The notes under the pieces are model-generated. The model searched no databases. It was not told the origin of the DNA and saw only the letters and a list, made by a program, of their open reading frames with translations. A DNA stretch of 35,857 nucleotides, taken from a virus. Lineage: Duplodnaviria > Caudoviricetes. Both the position numbers and the translations under genes were made by a program. Of the stretch, positions 27,945 through 35,857 are shown piece after piece. Within the stretch, counting starts at the first letter, position 1; the number at the start of each line of letters is the position of its first letter. The stretch is taken from the IMG/VR virus record IMGVR_UViG_3300002307_000130, positions 1 to 35,857 of that record. The stretch is one strand, 5' to 3'.

Positions 27945-28460
27945 ATGCAAACATACTCAATTGCTTACAATCCAGCTTACTCAAAATCTTTCAATATGGC
28001 AGTTTCAAATACCCTATTTTATGAGGGTGGATATACCCTAGACCCTAAAGATTCAGGAGGGGAAACAAACTTTGGAATTTCTAAAAGATCGTATCCTAGT
28101 TTAGACATTAAAAACCTAACAAAAGATCAAGCAGTTTTAATCTACTACAATGATTTCTGGAAAAAGATACAAGGAGATGCAATGCCAATATCTCTTGCAT
28201 TTAATGTTTTTGATGAAGCTGTTAATACGGGTGTTGGAGAGGCTATTCAAATGCTTCAAAAAAGTCTTAATGTGAAAGCTGATGGAGTAATTGGTCCAAA
28301 TACATTAAATGCAATGAATAATGCTACAAATGATAATGTTATTCACTTTGGCACACTTAGAGTACTTTACTATTTCTCTTGTTCACAATATGCTATATAT
28401 GGACCAAGTAATTGGATACCAAGAGCTATTGGTACTCTTATAAAAAGTATGGCACAATAG
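27945..28460 (+). CDS. Endolysin, glycoside hydrolase family 108 with PG-binding domain
   Basis: EGGY..DPKDSGGETNFGIS; FDEAVNTG; ADGVIGPNTL. Confidence 0.92.
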   Translation: MQTYSIAYNPAYSKSFNMAVSNTLFYEGGYTLDPKDSGGETNFGISKRSYPSLDIKNLTKDQAVLIYYNDFWKKIQGDAMPISLAFNVFDEAVNTGVGEAIQMLQKSLNVKADGVIGPNTLNAMNNATNDNVIHFGTLRVLYYFSCSQYAIYGPSNWIPRAIGTLIKSMAQ

Positions 28461-28486
28461 TTTTATTATTATTAAAATAAAAACTT

Positions 28487-28744
28487 ATGATCAATCAAAC
28501 AACAAAGCAGCTAGTAGAGCGATTTATAGTACATGTACTTCTAATTATGCTCGCAGCAGGGTTTATGTATGTTGAACAGTGGATCTCAGGGCAAAATTTT
28601 GGAGCATATCAAGCTTTGGCAGTATCAGCAAACGCAATTTTATTTAACTTTGTTGAAAAGTTTTTTGTATCACAGGGAATCGAGTTGCCACCTGGTACTG
28701 TTCTAGCTCAAGCAGAAAGTAGTTCAAATTCTCAGAACTCTTAA
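28487..28744 (+). CDS. Putative holin
   Basis: 85 aa, two hydrophobic helices, follows the endolysin. Confidence 0.55.
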   Translation: MINQTTKQLVERFIVHVLLIMLAAGFMYVEQWISGQNFGAYQALAVSANAILFNFVEKFFVSQGIELPPGTVLAQAESSSNSQNS

Positions 28745-28759
28745 TAATTTGAATATATA

Positions 28760-28784
28760 AAAACCACCTTCATCAGGTGGTTTT
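28760..28784. terminator. Bidirectional intrinsic terminator
   Basis: AAAACCACCT-tcatc-AGGTGGTTTT between convergent genes. Confidence 0.8.
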
Positions 28785-28787
28785 CTG

Positions 28788-29018
28788 TTAGAGCGTATTG
28801 CTCCCAGAATGGTTGAAAGTATTACCAGAAAAGTTAGCATGGTTATTGTATTTATTGACTGAAAATTGTGTTGGTAGTTTTTCGATAGAAGTTTTATTAC
28901 ATGTGGCACATATACAAACCCTAACTAAAGAATTACCAAAACTAGTAGCCTGTTGTACAACTTCACCATAACGATTTTCCTGACATGTGGTACAAAAAAA
29001 CATTGATTTTGGTATCAT
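28788..29018 (-). CDS. Small Zn-ribbon protein 3
   Basis: FCTTC...CATC. Confidence 0.65.
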   Translation of the reverse strand: MIPKSMFFCTTCQENRYGEVVQQATSFGNSLVRVCICATCNKTSIEKLPTQFSVNKYNNHANFSGNTFNHSGSNTL

Positions 29019-29182
29019 GATTGATCATTTTCGATTTCATTATCAGATGACAAATGCCTAGTAGCGTTTTCTTTGCACACATTACACCTCACAACAGTTA
29101 CATTCTTTGTCTGTGAGACAATAGATCCTGTGCGAAATGCTTGGCAAATTGGACAGTAGAAACTTGTTGTGTTTAGTTTCAT
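29015..29182 (-). CDS. Small Zn-ribbon protein 2 (55 aa)
   Basis: MKLNTTSFYCPIC...CNVC; ATGA overlaps at both ends. Confidence 0.7.
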   Translation of the reverse strand: MKLNTTSFYCPICQAFRTGSIVSQTKNVTVVRCNVCKENATRHLSSDNEIENDQS

Positions 29183-29337
29183 TTTTTGTGTTTTTTGAGT
29201 GTGAAAAAATGGGATACGTTGTGACACAAATAGCATTTGAAAGACTGATAGATTTTCCATTTTCCAATGAAATATCCCTTTATTCTTCCATCTTGTTTTT
29301 GTTCACAATACGGGCAGTAGTGTGTTGTTTCATGCAT
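29179..29337 (-). CDS. Small Zn-ribbon protein 1 (52 aa)
   Basis: MHETTHYCPYC...CYLC; not in the ORF track. Confidence 0.65.
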   Translation of the reverse strand: MHETTHYCPYCEQKQDGRIKGYFIGKWKIYQSFKCYLCHNVSHFFTLKKHKK

Positions 29338-29355
29338 TTTAAAGAATTTTTATAT

Positions 29356-29426
29356 AGTATAGCACATTAAGTTATCCACAGTTTAATTTTTGTATACTTG
29401 CGTAAGCGTAAACGTAAGACTATACT
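29356..29426. promoter_or_regulatory. Divergent promoter region with DnaA box and CGTAA repeats
   Basis: Minus strand TGcTATACT (29356-29364); TTATCCACA at 29372-29380; plus strand TTGCGT-17 nt-TATACT overlapping three CGTAA repeats. Confidence 0.7.
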
Positions 29427-29461
29427 AGTCATGTCGAATATTATTATTTAAAAGACAAATT

Positions 29462-29620
29462 ATGAAAAAAGAAAACTTAGTTAGAACATTTTGGTCAGTA
29501 GAACCAAAAGTAAAAAAGCTTATTGAAAAAAATTATAAGAAAGCAGGATATAAACACGAGGCAGAATTTGTAAGATCAATTTTAGTGGATTATTTCACAT
29601 TTAATAGCCTCTTAAAATAA
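29462..29620 (+). CDS. Ribbon-helix-helix (CopG/Arc-like) regulator (52 aa)
   Basis: VRTFWSV strand, then helix, then GYKHEAEFVRSIL; first gene after the promoter. Confidence 0.65.
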   Translation: MKKENLVRTFWSVEPKVKKLIEKNYKKAGYKHEAEFVRSILVDYFTFNSLLK

Positions 29621-29630
29621 AGTATACCAC

Positions 29631-29762
29631 ATGAATAGTAAACTTTCACCAGAAAATATTACCGATTGGGAAGAAGACAACGAATACGGATTAGACGAGC
29701 TACAGGAAGATGATGATTTCCTTGATTTTATGAAAGATGTTTCAGACGATGAAATGTTTTAA
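29631..29762 (+). CDS. Very acidic small protein (43 aa)
   Basis: MNSKLSPENITDWEEDNEYGLDELQEDDDFLDFMKDVSDDEMF. Confidence 0.6.
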   Translation: MNSKLSPENITDWEEDNEYGLDELQEDDDFLDFMKDVSDDEMF

Positions 29763-29827
29763 AAGACTATATGTCTAGTTCAAGTTGGAATAATAAATTT
29801 TTAAAAGAATCATTTGAAATTTAATTT

Positions 29828-30553
29828 ATGGCAAAAAAACAAGCAAAAAAGGTAGCCAAGAAAGATAGTCAAAAACACGAAATTATTGTACGAGTAGAGT
29901 CACAAAGTGTACCTTCTTTAAAAGATATTGAGAAACCTATTGTTGATGGAGGTAAGTACATGATTCCAAAAACATGGATTAGTGAAAAACAAATAATTAG
30001 ATTAGTTGGAAAGACACCTGCTAATTGTGTTTACACTCGTCCCGGTAAAGGAGGTCAATCATTTCAATATGTTACAGGTAGTTACGTAGATAAAGTGTTA
30101 AACTTTACATTTGGTTGGAATTGGGATTTTGAAGTAGTGCAACATGGAAAGGAAGGTAATCAGGTATGGGTACATGGAAAGCTAACAGTTAAAGATGATT
30201 TGGGTCATTCAATTATCAAATCTCAGTTTGGAAGATCAGAAATTAAAATGCTTAAAAATGGTACTGGTATGGTCGATTTTGGAAATGACTTAAAGTCAGC
30301 TACAACTGATGCCCTTAAAAAGTGTGCATCGCTACTAGGAATTGCTTCTGATATTTATGGAAAAAATGAATTTAAACAGGAAACAGGAGTCAATCTCGTA
30401 GAGCAAAATAATGTTCAACAAGTAGAAGAAGAAGTTATGTCTGAATGTCATGAATGTGGTGATCCTATTAATCAACAAGTTGCAGAATATTCTAAAAAGA
30501 TTTTTGGTAAACCCCTTTGTCGAGCACATCAATTAGAAGCTAAGAAGAAATAA
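29828..30553 (+). CDS. Rad52/Sak-like single-strand annealing protein with C-terminal Zn finger
   Basis: RPGKGG...YV, LNFTFGWNWDF, KSATTDALKKCASLLGIASDIY; CHEC...LCRAHQ. Confidence 0.88.
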   Translation: MAKKQAKKVAKKDSQKHEIIVRVESQSVPSLKDIEKPIVDGGKYMIPKTWISEKQIIRLVGKTPANCVYTRPGKGGQSFQYVTGSYVDKVLNFTFGWNWDFEVVQHGKEGNQVWVHGKLTVKDDLGHSIIKSQFGRSEIKMLKNGTGMVDFGNDLKSATTDALKKCASLLGIASDIYGKNEFKQETGVNLVEQNNVQQVEEEVMSECHECGDPINQQVAEYSKKIFGKPLCRAHQLEAKKK

Positions 30554-30558
30554 TTTAT

Positions 30559-31395
30559 ATGTCTAGTAATTTCATTGAATCGTCTCTATATGCTGGAAAA
30601 GTAAAAGTAAAATTCTTTCCAGATAGTCACCAGTATTGGGTGAATGGTAAAAGAAAAACAGGGGTTACTACCATTATTGGAATTGTAGATAAAAGTGCAC
30701 CACTAATGATTTGGGCAGTAGATCTTTCAGTTAATTTTTTACGTGATAAATGGCTTACTAGTCAAGAGTTAACCGAACTTGATTTTCAAGAAGCAACAAT
30801 TCAACATACTGTTAAAAAAGAACAGGCTGCAACTATTGGTGATGAGGTCCATAAATGGATTGAAAAATATGTTAAAAATGAAAGTCTAGAAATGCCAACA
30901 CGTCGTGAAGCACAAATTGGAGTGAATGCATTTATTGATTGGGTTAGTGAAAATAAGGTTAAATTTATTTCCTCTGAAAGAGTTGTATATTCAAAAAAGC
31001 ATGATTTCATTGGAAAAATGGATATTGAAGCTAAGGTAAATGGAAAACTTTGTTTAATTGATATTAAAACATCAGGATCAATTTATAACACGTACTATAT
31101 GCAAACCGCGGCATATTGTAGAGCTGATGAAGAAGAAACGGGAAAAAAGTATGAGGGGCGTTATATTATTCGTCTTGCAAAGGAAACTGAAAAAGAATAT
31201 GTAAAACGAATGAGTGAAAAAAATGAAAATCGAATAAGAAAAGGAAATACTTTATTTCAATTTCCTCCATATAAAGTATTTGAAGCAAAATTTTTAGACA
31301 ATCAAAAAACAAATATGGATCGAGACTACAAAGCTTTCCTAGCGTGCAAATTATTAAAAAAGTGGGAAAAAGAAACTAATACTTTTTATAACTAG
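30559..31395 (+). CDS. PD-(D/E)XK exonuclease
   Basis: GVTTII, GDEVH, GKMD, LIDIKTS, QTAAY. Confidence 0.88.
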   Translation: MSSNFIESSLYAGKVKVKFFPDSHQYWVNGKRKTGVTTIIGIVDKSAPLMIWAVDLSVNFLRDKWLTSQELTELDFQEATIQHTVKKEQAATIGDEVHKWIEKYVKNESLEMPTRREAQIGVNAFIDWVSENKVKFISSERVVYSKKHDFIGKMDIEAKVNGKLCLIDIKTSGSIYNTYYMQTAAYCRADEEETGKKYEGRYIIRLAKETEKEYVKRMSEKNENRIRKGNTLFQFPPYKVFEAKFLDNQKTNMDRDYKAFLACKLLKKWEKETNTFYN

Positions 31396-31396
31396 T

Positions 31397-31852
31397 ATGA
31401 AAAGAGAGCACGATTTTAAAACAAAAAGAAATATTTCTTTTCATTGTGAAATACAACCAAATTCAAAAAAATGTAAAAGGTGTGAAATTAATATTTTTTC
31501 AAAAGAACAAAAGTTTGTTTATCATAAAGTTCTTGCGGAATGCACTTACAGAGTTGAATCAAATAGATTTACCAAACAAAAAAAATCATTTTTAAGAGAA
31601 AGAAAAGTGTTAAATGATGAGATTACGCATACTGAACCAAGAATTGTAACTCCACTAAATATGCAGGGGCATGATGGTCTATGTCGAATGTGTCAATATG
31701 TAAAACATGGTTTGAGTGAGAAAGAAATTATGGTTAGGTTAAATAAAGAACTTCAAGAAAACTATGGAATCATTCCTAAAAGTGATAAACCATTTTTTGA
31801 TGAATTTATTGAGGAAGAAATAGATATTGTCCTTGACGAAGAAATTATATGA
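31397..31852 (+). CDS. Hypothetical Cys-containing protein
   Basis: CKRC and CRMC motifs, acidic tail. Confidence 0.7.
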   Translation: MKREHDFKTKRNISFHCEIQPNSKKCKRCEINIFSKEQKFVYHKVLAECTYRVESNRFTKQKKSFLRERKVLNDEITHTEPRIVTPLNMQGHDGLCRMCQYVKHGLSEKEIMVRLNKELQENYGIIPKSDKPFFDEFIEEEIDIVLDEEII

Positions 31853-32166
31853 GACCAATACCAAAAAGCTTACTGAAAAAAATGCTCGAAAATCCTTTTT
31901 ATAAACAATGCTGTATTACTGGAAAAACATCAAAAGATGAAAAAATAGAGCTTCACCATAACCTCATCTTTGCCGGAAAACAAGTAAATGAAGAATTTGC
32001 AATATTACCACTTGCAAAATCTATTCACGAAAACATTGTTTATTACAAAAGTATATGTGATTACATTATGTGGTCTCGTGCAACACTAGAACAAATAAAG
32101 TTTTACTCAAAAGCAACAGACTACCAGCAATATTATCAACTTCTAAAGAAAAAACATGGCAAATAA
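31849..32166 (+). CDS. HNH-like/Ref-like small nuclease
   Basis: CCITG...ELHH...ILPL...IH. Confidence 0.55.
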   Translation: MRPIPKSLLKKMLENPFYKQCCITGKTSKDEKIELHHNLIFAGKQVNEEFAILPLAKSIHENIVYYKSICDYIMWSRATLEQIKFYSKATDYQQYYQLLKKKHGK

Positions 32167-32347
32167 AAAAGTAGCGTATGCACTCATTTGCTCAACTTGT
32201 AATGAAATAATTGATACTAGTATTTCAATGGCGATCTTTTCAAATAAAACAATGGCGAAAGAAAATATAAAATATCAAAAGGAAAATAATCCAAATTTTG
32301 AAGATCACCCATTAGAACTAAAAGTAGTACTTATAACAATCCTATGA
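32156..32347 (+). CDS. Hypothetical protein
   Basis: 63-aa ORF overlapping the previous gene. Confidence 0.6.
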   Translation: MANKKVAYALICSTCNEIIDTSISMAIFSNKTMAKENIKYQKENNPNFEDHPLELKVVLITIL

Positions 32348-32419
32348 GTTCTTTTCCACCAAAAGAAAGATTTATTACTAAAGAACAATTAGAATCTTGG
32401 TTTACACCAATTAATCACC

Positions 32420-32902
32420 ATGAAAACACGAGTGAGGTTCGAGAATGCGAGAATGATCTTTCCATCACCAGAAGCGAGACAGGTCTTTTTAGATCATACA
32501 CTGAAACATCCTGATGCTATTTACTCTATTGAGTTATGGGAAACAAAAAATCAAAGAGGTTGGTTTGAGGGAGGTGTTATTCCATTTATAACACACTATC
32601 AAGATGGAATGGATCATCATAATTCAGAAGATAATAAAAAAGTTAGAGAGTGGTTAAAAATGGAGTTTAATCCTGAAATTATATCAATTAATGGAAAATC
32701 ACATATTCTTGCGGGCACTACAAAAGGTGAACTAAATAATGGTTTTACTGAAAGAGTTCTTGATTGGATGGTTGATCAGGGATATTCGGTAGAATATTTA
32801 AACCCTGATATTTATAAAGATTGGAGGGACAGAATTAAGATTTTAGAAGATTGTCCTGATAATTATATTGATTGGTTGATTGCGACTAAAAAAATTATGT
32901 GA
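32420..32902 (+). CDS. NinB-like recombination accessory protein
   Basis: NQRGWF...VREWLKMEF...TTK...F.ERV pattern; lies in the recombination module. Confidence 0.5.
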   Translation: MKTRVRFENARMIFPSPEARQVFLDHTLKHPDAIYSIELWETKNQRGWFEGGVIPFITHYQDGMDHHNSEDNKKVREWLKMEFNPEIISINGKSHILAGTTKGELNNGFTERVLDWMVDQGYSVEYLNPDIYKDWRDRIKILEDCPDNYIDWLIATKKIM

Positions 32903-32908
32903 TATAAT
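32880..32908 (+). promoter_or_regulatory. sigma70 promoter for the replication genes
   Basis: TTGCGA-17 nt-TATAAT with extended TG. Confidence 0.65.
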
Positions 32909-33013
32909 ATAGGCTATAAAGATTGTCGAATCTTTATTTGTTAGCCTTGCACGCTTCCGCATCACTATAACTTACTTGCAAGGCAAGTTATGGTGAGACG
33001 AAAGCGCAATAAA

Positions 33014-33775
33014 ATGAGCGTAAAAAGAATGTTTGACAAGACTATTCTAGAAATGGACAATTTCTTGAATATATCTTTATCTGCTAAAGCAATATATTTT
33101 CTACTCGGAATGGAAGCTGATGATGAGGGGTTTGTATCTCCCAATAGAATAATTAGATTATATGGTGGAGAAATAGGAGATCTTAAAAATTTAGTTGATG
33201 CAGGGCTTATTATCCCATTTCAAAGCGGTGTTGTTGTTATTACCGATTGGAACCAAAATAACTGGCTAGATAAGCGTAGAATTAAGCCTACACAATACCA
33301 AAAAGAGAAAAAACTCATTAAATTGACAGAAGATAGAAAGTATGTGCTTAGCAATGGCTTAGCATCGGCGCGGTTAGAGGAGGAGAGGAGAGGAGAGGAG
33401 AGGAGAGTACATACACCAACTAAGGTTGGTGAGTGTGTACCAAATGAAACAATCATAGATGATTTTAATGATCTAACCTATGAACCAGTTGATGAGCAAA
33501 TTTACCCTAATGAATTTGAAAGTTTTTGGAAGCATTATCCAAAGAAAGTTGGAAAAGGTGGTGCATATCGTTCTTGGAAGAAGATTAAACCATCACCAAA
33601 CTCAAAAAATGGCCTTTTAGAGAAGATTTTGCATAAATTAGGTATACAAGGCCAATCAGTACAATGGAAGCGTGATAATGGGCAATTTATACCACATCCA
33701 CAAACTTACTTAAATCAAAGACGATGGGAAGATGAAGAATCGGAAACTATTAATAACCAAGTTCAGAAATTCTAA
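33014..33775 (+). CDS. Phage replication initiator (replisome organiser)
   Basis: RMF.K...AKAIYFLLGMEADDEGFV N-terminus; FESFWKHYPKKVGK...FIPHPQTYLNQRRWEDE C-terminus. Confidence 0.88.
   Translation: MSVKRMFDKTILEMDNFLNISLSAKAIYFLLGMEADDEGFVSPNRIIRLYGGEIGDLKNLVDAGLIIPFQSGVVVITDWNQNNWLDKRRIKPTQYQKEKKLIKLTEDRKYVLSNGLASARLEEERRGEERRVHTPTKVGECVPNETIIDDFNDLTYEPVDEQIYPNEFESFWKHYPKKVGKGGAYRSWKKIKPSPNSKNGLLEKILHKLGIQGQSVQWKRDNGQFIPHPQTYLNQRRWEDEESETINNQVQKF
33381..33440. repeat. (AGGAG)5 tract plus hairpin, candidate replication origin
   Basis: Five tandem AGGAG units, then the inverted repeat GTACATACACCAAC-taag-GTTGGTGAGTGTGTAC, in the initiator linker. Confidence 0.55.
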
Positions 33776-33777
33776 AT

Positions 33778-34284
33778 ATGGCAAGAATCATAATTAAGGG
33801 AGAAAAAGAACCTATTGTTGTAAGTAATGCAAAAGGAATGATGCTTAGAGAGTTTTATGAGAATCCTAATGTTTTAGACAGTCAAAAAGTTTCTATTGAT
33901 AATTGGAGCGGTACAAAGGGTGACATTAAAGGAATTTGGATAGATAAACAAGAGGTTATAAAAAAAGCGGTAGTTGATTATGGAATAGAATATCGAAAAG
34001 AAAGAGAAGAGTTTTTCTCTCTAACTCCTGATCAAAAAAGTAAATACTTAGCATTTTTTAAAATGGTCTACATGCAATTTACAGGTATTAAACCAGATAT
34101 TATTACTTTGGAAAAAGCTAAAAAGCTTCAAAAGGATTTCTTTGAAAAATATCCTTCACGAAGAATACCAGATACAAATATTTTCTTTGAACTACTACCA
34201 ACAGTAAAAGGATCAAAGGGTGTCTTAGGAAATGCTATAAAGTCGATCATTAATCAGGATTATAGAAATCAAAATTCATGGTAA
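33778..34284 (+). CDS. Hypothetical protein
   Basis: 168-aa ORF after the initiator. Confidence 0.75.
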   Translation: MARIIIKGEKEPIVVSNAKGMMLREFYENPNVLDSQKVSIDNWSGTKGDIKGIWIDKQEVIKKAVVDYGIEYRKEREEFFSLTPDQKSKYLAFFKMVYMQFTGIKPDIITLEKAKKLQKDFFEKYPSRRIPDTNIFFELLPTVKGSKGVLGNAIKSIINQDYRNQNSW

Positions 34285-34505
34285 AAAAAATTGGTTACAT
34301 AGAAGATTTAACACAAGAACAAACAATTTTAAAAATTTTAAAATTTGCAAAACCTAAATGGGTAGATGGTATGACTTTCTTAAATTTACCATCTCCAATT
34401 ACACAGTATCACGCTCGTATTTGGGGTTTACAACAAAAAGGTTTTGAGATCGAAGGTCGTTTTATAAAAGGTAAAAATTGGAAAGAATACCGATTAATAA
34501 AGTAG
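34278..34505 (+). CDS. Winged-HTH protein
   Basis: ITQYHARIWGLQQKGFEI...EYRL. Confidence 0.65.
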   Translation: MVKKIGYIEDLTQEQTILKILKFAKPKWVDGMTFLNLPSPITQYHARIWGLQQKGFEIEGRFIKGKNWKEYRLIK

Positions 34506-34506
34506 T

Positions 34507-34755
34507 ATGAAACGAAAACAACTATTCAAATATCCTGACCTTGAACCCAAGCTATCTTATAAAAATAAAACCTACCGTACCAGAAAAACACAAATCATCT
34601 GGTTACTCATTATCCTAGCAATCCTAGTAACCATCATTTTTGTATTCCAAAGGTCTGTATCGGCTTACAACTGCGTACAGTCACCAGATAAAGGGTATGT
34701 AGAGCGTTACAAATGCGGGGTAGATAATTGTTGCGAGACATTACAAATTAACTAA
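34507..34755 (+). CDS. Small membrane protein
   Basis: Single TM helix and Cys-rich C-terminus. Confidence 0.65.
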   Translation: MKRKQLFKYPDLEPKLSYKNKTYRTRKTQIIWLLIILAILVTIIFVFQRSVSAYNCVQSPDKGYVERYKCGVDNCCETLQIN

Positions 34756-34763
34756 TAATCATT

Positions 34764-34835
34764 ATGAAAATTAAAGCATACCGACACGGAGAAATTTTAC
34801 TTTTAAAAGTAAAAGAAATTGTAAACGAGTGGTAA
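34764..34835 (+). pseudogene. Short ORF or truncated gene remnant
   Basis: MKIKAYRHGEILLLKV... stops after 23 aa. Confidence 0.3.
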
Positions 34836-34871
34836 TTTAAATATATTAAAAACCTTATTAAATAAACTATT

Positions 34872-35261
34872 ATGAATTTCAAACACGGACAAAAAGTAAA
34901 TTGCACGATACCATCGCAACCGAATAGGGCAATTGAAGAAATGCTCATAAAAAACCTTGACCATTCCGTACAGTTGTTCTGCTGGGAATGCCATTCTCAT
35001 GGAACTCCTATGCCACATGACAGGGTATGCGGAAACTGCAATGGAGTTGATACAACGATTTATTACCCTGAAAATGCAGTATTCCAGGCACTCGCGGAAC
35101 AGAAGGAGGGCATCGTGAAGATGATTGAATCGAAGACAAAGAAAGGTTGCACATACCAAGACGATGAAGGTGTCCACGAAAATCATTTATTTCAAGACGA
35201 CAAAGGATTCAATCGTGCTATCGACGAGATTATCAACGCCCTAAACGACAAGTCACTATGA
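34872..35261 (+). CDS. Hypothetical accessory protein with a CxxC/CxxC segment
   Basis: CWEC...CGNC; shares DNA blocks with ORF 541..879. Confidence 0.7.
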   Translation: MNFKHGQKVNCTIPSQPNRAIEEMLIKNLDHSVQLFCWECHSHGTPMPHDRVCGNCNGVDTTIYYPENAVFQALAEQKEGIVKMIESKTKKGCTYQDDEGVHENHLFQDDKGFNRAIDEIINALNDKSL

Positions 35262-35689
35262 TTTTACCTCTTGAAAAACAAGTATCGTCGCTCGAACTGT
35301 CGAAGCGATTGAAAGAACTCGGCGTACCGCAGGAAAGTTTGTTTTATTGGGACAGTAAAGAGAATCTAGTTCCAGGTATAAAGATTGATTGGTCGGATGG
35401 CTATGATACGGAAAGATATACCAAGGAGTTTTCCGCCTTCACAGTCGCCGAGCTTGGAAATTACTTCCCTTGGTGGATTCATTCGTACAGGGAACCAGAC
35501 ATGGGAACCCCTGGAAAAGAGCCTTGGGTTTGCACGATGGAAAATTGGTATGACGGGCCTAACGCTTTCAGGGAATTATTTCCTGATCCGAAAGTGTTCA
35601 CAATTACACATACTCGTGCAGCCACCGAGTCCGACGCACGGGCAAAGATGCTAATTTATTTATTGGAACATAAGCTGATAACACTATGA
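35258..35689 (+). CDS. Hypothetical phage protein
   Basis: LELSKRLKELGVPQESLFYW...AFTVAELG...DARAKMLIYLLE. Confidence 0.8.
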   Translation: MILPLEKQVSSLELSKRLKELGVPQESLFYWDSKENLVPGIKIDWSDGYDTERYTKEFSAFTVAELGNYFPWWIHSYREPDMGTPGKEPWVCTMENWYDGPNAFRELFPDPKVFTITHTRAATESDARAKMLIYLLEHKLITL

Positions 35690-35794
35690 CAACACCATCA
35701 TAACCAAGTTGCCGAATATCAAGAAATATTAGTAGACGAACCAATTTTACAAAGTTAAGACCCCGCACCCTTCGGCTAATGGGAACAAAGATTT

Positions 35795-35857
35795 ATGGAA
35801 AATACAAGAGAAAGAATTGCACAGATAATCGGAGAGGCAAGCATGTTGTGGTCAGAA
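35795..35857 (+). CDS. Partial ORF running off the window
   Basis: MENTRERIAQIIGEASMLWSE. Confidence 0.5.
   Translation, partial: MENTRERIAQIIGEASMLWSE

Larger units (their letters stand above)
1..35857 (+). mobile_element. Tailed dsDNA phage genome (podovirus, P22-like layout), near complete
   Basis: Ordered terminase-portal-scaffold-capsid-tail-ejection-lysis and recombination/replication modules; no tape measure, sheath or host housekeeping genes. Confidence 0.93.

Noticed and set aside
29082-29370. Alternative ORFs 29082..29267 (-) and 29137..29370 (+)
   Set aside because: They conflict with the coherent ATGA-coupled Zn-ribbon triplet.
33381-33405. CRISPR array or phase-variable tract
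   Set aside because: There are no spacers; purine tracts encoding EERRGEERR-type linkers are common in phage initiator genes.
1-35857. Terminal repeat or complete circular genome
   Set aside because: The two ends do not overlap and the MTase N-terminus is missing.

Overview
This window holds most of an AT-rich tailed-phage genome with a podovirus (P22-like) layout, almost all on the + strand. In order it contains: the end of a C5 DNA methyltransferase; a late promoter followed by tRNA and structured-RNA elements; TerS/TerL, portal, scaffold and major capsid; five signal-peptide-bearing fibre/decoration-like proteins; a holin-like gene with a LysM-papain peptidase; head-tail, nozzle, tail and ejection proteins; a HAD-phosphatase/ATP-grasp fusion; a GH108 endolysin and holin; a divergent control region (three Zn-ribbon mini-genes versus an RHH regulator and an acidic peptide); then recombination (Sak/Rad52-like, PD-(D/E)XK), replication and accessory genes. 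No integrase is visible. The A/T-rich, SD-poor starts and DnaA boxes beside promoters suggest a Patescibacteria/CPR-type host (inference only). The most unusual features are the apparently secreted structural cassette with a shared A|YIYNP mature N-terminus, an expanded ~210-nt tRNA-like RNA, the HAD-ATP-grasp enzyme, an overlapping alternative-frame ORF inside the methyltransferase, and two accessory genes that share exact 20-21 bp anchors around swapped middles. All calls come from reading motifs by eye; no database searches were run.
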